Shown piece after piece: positions 62,523 through 64,000 of a stretch of 64,000 nt of DNA. This stretch comes from Balanoglossus misakiensis. Taxonomy: Eukaryota; Animalia; Hemichordata. Every line of letters begins with the position of its first letter. The first letter of the stretch is position 1. The DNA lies in contig CM082581.2 in the NCBI GenBank assembly GCA_040954595.2, positions 14,189,350-14,253,349 on the forward strand. Direction: 5' to 3'. The position numbers and the translations under genes are program-made. A model generated the notes under the pieces. The model was not told the DNA's origin. It saw only the letters and a list, made by a program, of their open reading frames with translations, and made no database searches.

Positions 62523-64000
62523 TTAATCGTCGTAGTAGTCGTCATACGGAGAAAAGGACTGACGTTTGTGTTTCCTGTGCTTCTTGCGGTGTTTCTTGTG
62601 ACGTCGTTTTCCGTCGTAGTCGTCTGGATGCTCACCGTATGATGGCGCTAAAGGCATCATGTGAGGATCCTTGCTGATGGACGGGCCAGGATATGGCGGC
62701 GGGGCATCCTGTGCCCCGGACGTTGGTTTTGCGCCGACAACGACCACCGCTTCTGCTTCAGCTCCGGCGTCATCTCTCCTAAATTTGACAAAAATAAGAG
62801 AATGTATTGAAATATTTGACAGCACCAGTTCGTCAGAAAAGTAGTTGCAGGGTTTTGTGGTGCAGTCTGTATTGATCTTTTGATGCGACAAAATTGGCCA
62901 ATTCCTTTATTTGAACATCTTTCCAAACTCCCTCTTAGCACCCACATTTAAACCTCATCCTCCTATATGCCTCCTGTCCCTGTCGGGAACTGACTGGGAC
63001 TACAGTAAGTTACTCACCGCTCGTCTGCGCAGTCGCAATCACAATCCCCACAGTCGCAGGTGCACGTTTGACAAACTGCAATACAGAGGGCGACAAAGAT
63101 GGCAAAGCACCCCAACACGGCCGTCAATATGGCTCCCCATATCTTGTAAGGTTCGGTCAGTTTCAGTCCAGTATCTAATGACAAATAAATAACAAAATGA
63201 ACAACATGAATAAGTAAATAATAAATAGTAAAGTGCTTCATTTTGACAATTCACGACTGTCATGCATAATGAAAATGAAAGCAAAGTCGTTTACCTCTTG
63301 TGTCAGGATTGCAAATAGAGAAGGAGCCCTCTACGTTGTACCCAGTGCCGAACTCAACTACTTTCACCGACACTTCCGGATCCGGGTCAAACGCTCTTCC
63401 GTGTCTTTTCGTAATGCTCAAGAATGGCATGGTTTCTTTCCCCTTGCGTACTTCGATCATATCACTCGCATAGATGATGGTAAATGATCGGTATTCGCCA
63501 GCAGAGAGAATACTGGGGGTGTCCGCTTCTACGGATTCTGGCTCCGTGGTTCCGATGTATCTTGTTAGAGTGGACTTCGTGTTCTCGTCGATTCCCAGCT
63601 CGATTTCGAAAAAGTTTGGACTGTCTTCGTCCATTGATTTGAGGCGAATGATGGCGTTCTTGGCTGCCTTGACCTTAACGGTCAAGTAACCTGAATGCAT
63701 CTTATACCCAACCCAGTCGGGCAAGACAACGAAGCGAAAGGTCGTGCCAGATGTGCTTTCGGTGTTATCGTTGAGAGCGTCGCAATTATCTGCGAAAACG
63801 GAAAATAGCAAAAGATCGACCCTAAAGTGTAAGGTTTTGAGACTGGAAATAGAAAGAAGTAGACGTTTCGAAACGAAGAGTTTACAGCTTTTGGTTCTGT
63901 CTAGGCAATAACACCGAAAAGAGTATCACATGTAGAATATTATAAAGAACTCATTCTCAATGATATGACTAATGATTAGTTTATTCTCATGCTTACCTTG
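62523..64000 (-). CDS. Single-pass membrane protein with a Methyltransf_FA (FAMeT-like) ectodomain, Cys-rich juxtamembrane segment and PPxY tail; 5' end outside window
   Basis: Exons ..64000-63997 (CAAG|gtaagc), 63789-63295, 63174-63018, 62778-62523, phases consistent. Pattern VKAAKNAII.L..FEIELG..NTKS.L..TPSILS..EYRSF.I..PFLS..V.FGTGY..EG.F resembles PF12248. TM IWGAILTAVLGCFAIFVALCIAVC, then CTCDCGDCDCDC, APPPYPG and a His/Lys-rich tail. Confidence 0.82.

Overview
Eukaryotic, AT-rich, intron-containing invertebrate animal DNA; the species cannot be determined from sequence. 1-8.3 kb is a homogeneous 87-bp satellite, noisy at the window start. It flips orientation at a hairpin junction (~8305) into diverged copies and a related 86-bp satellite. 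A ~3.4-kb cassette follows (9.9-13.3 kb) with minus-strand non-coding exon-like modules, three conserved intronic hairpins, a 130-bp tandem repeat and a promoter-like motif cluster, and it is closed by more satellite-related copies. 13.5-50 kb is gene-poor around an intronless invertebrate D1-type (Dop1) dopamine receptor CDS. 50-64 kb is gene-dense: NELF-A (11 exons), a disabled plus an intact FAXDC2-like copy, a secreted ML-domain protein, and a minus-strand FAMeT-domain membrane protein with a PPxY tail. Several MITEs are present. All gene models were spliced by eye and no searches were run.
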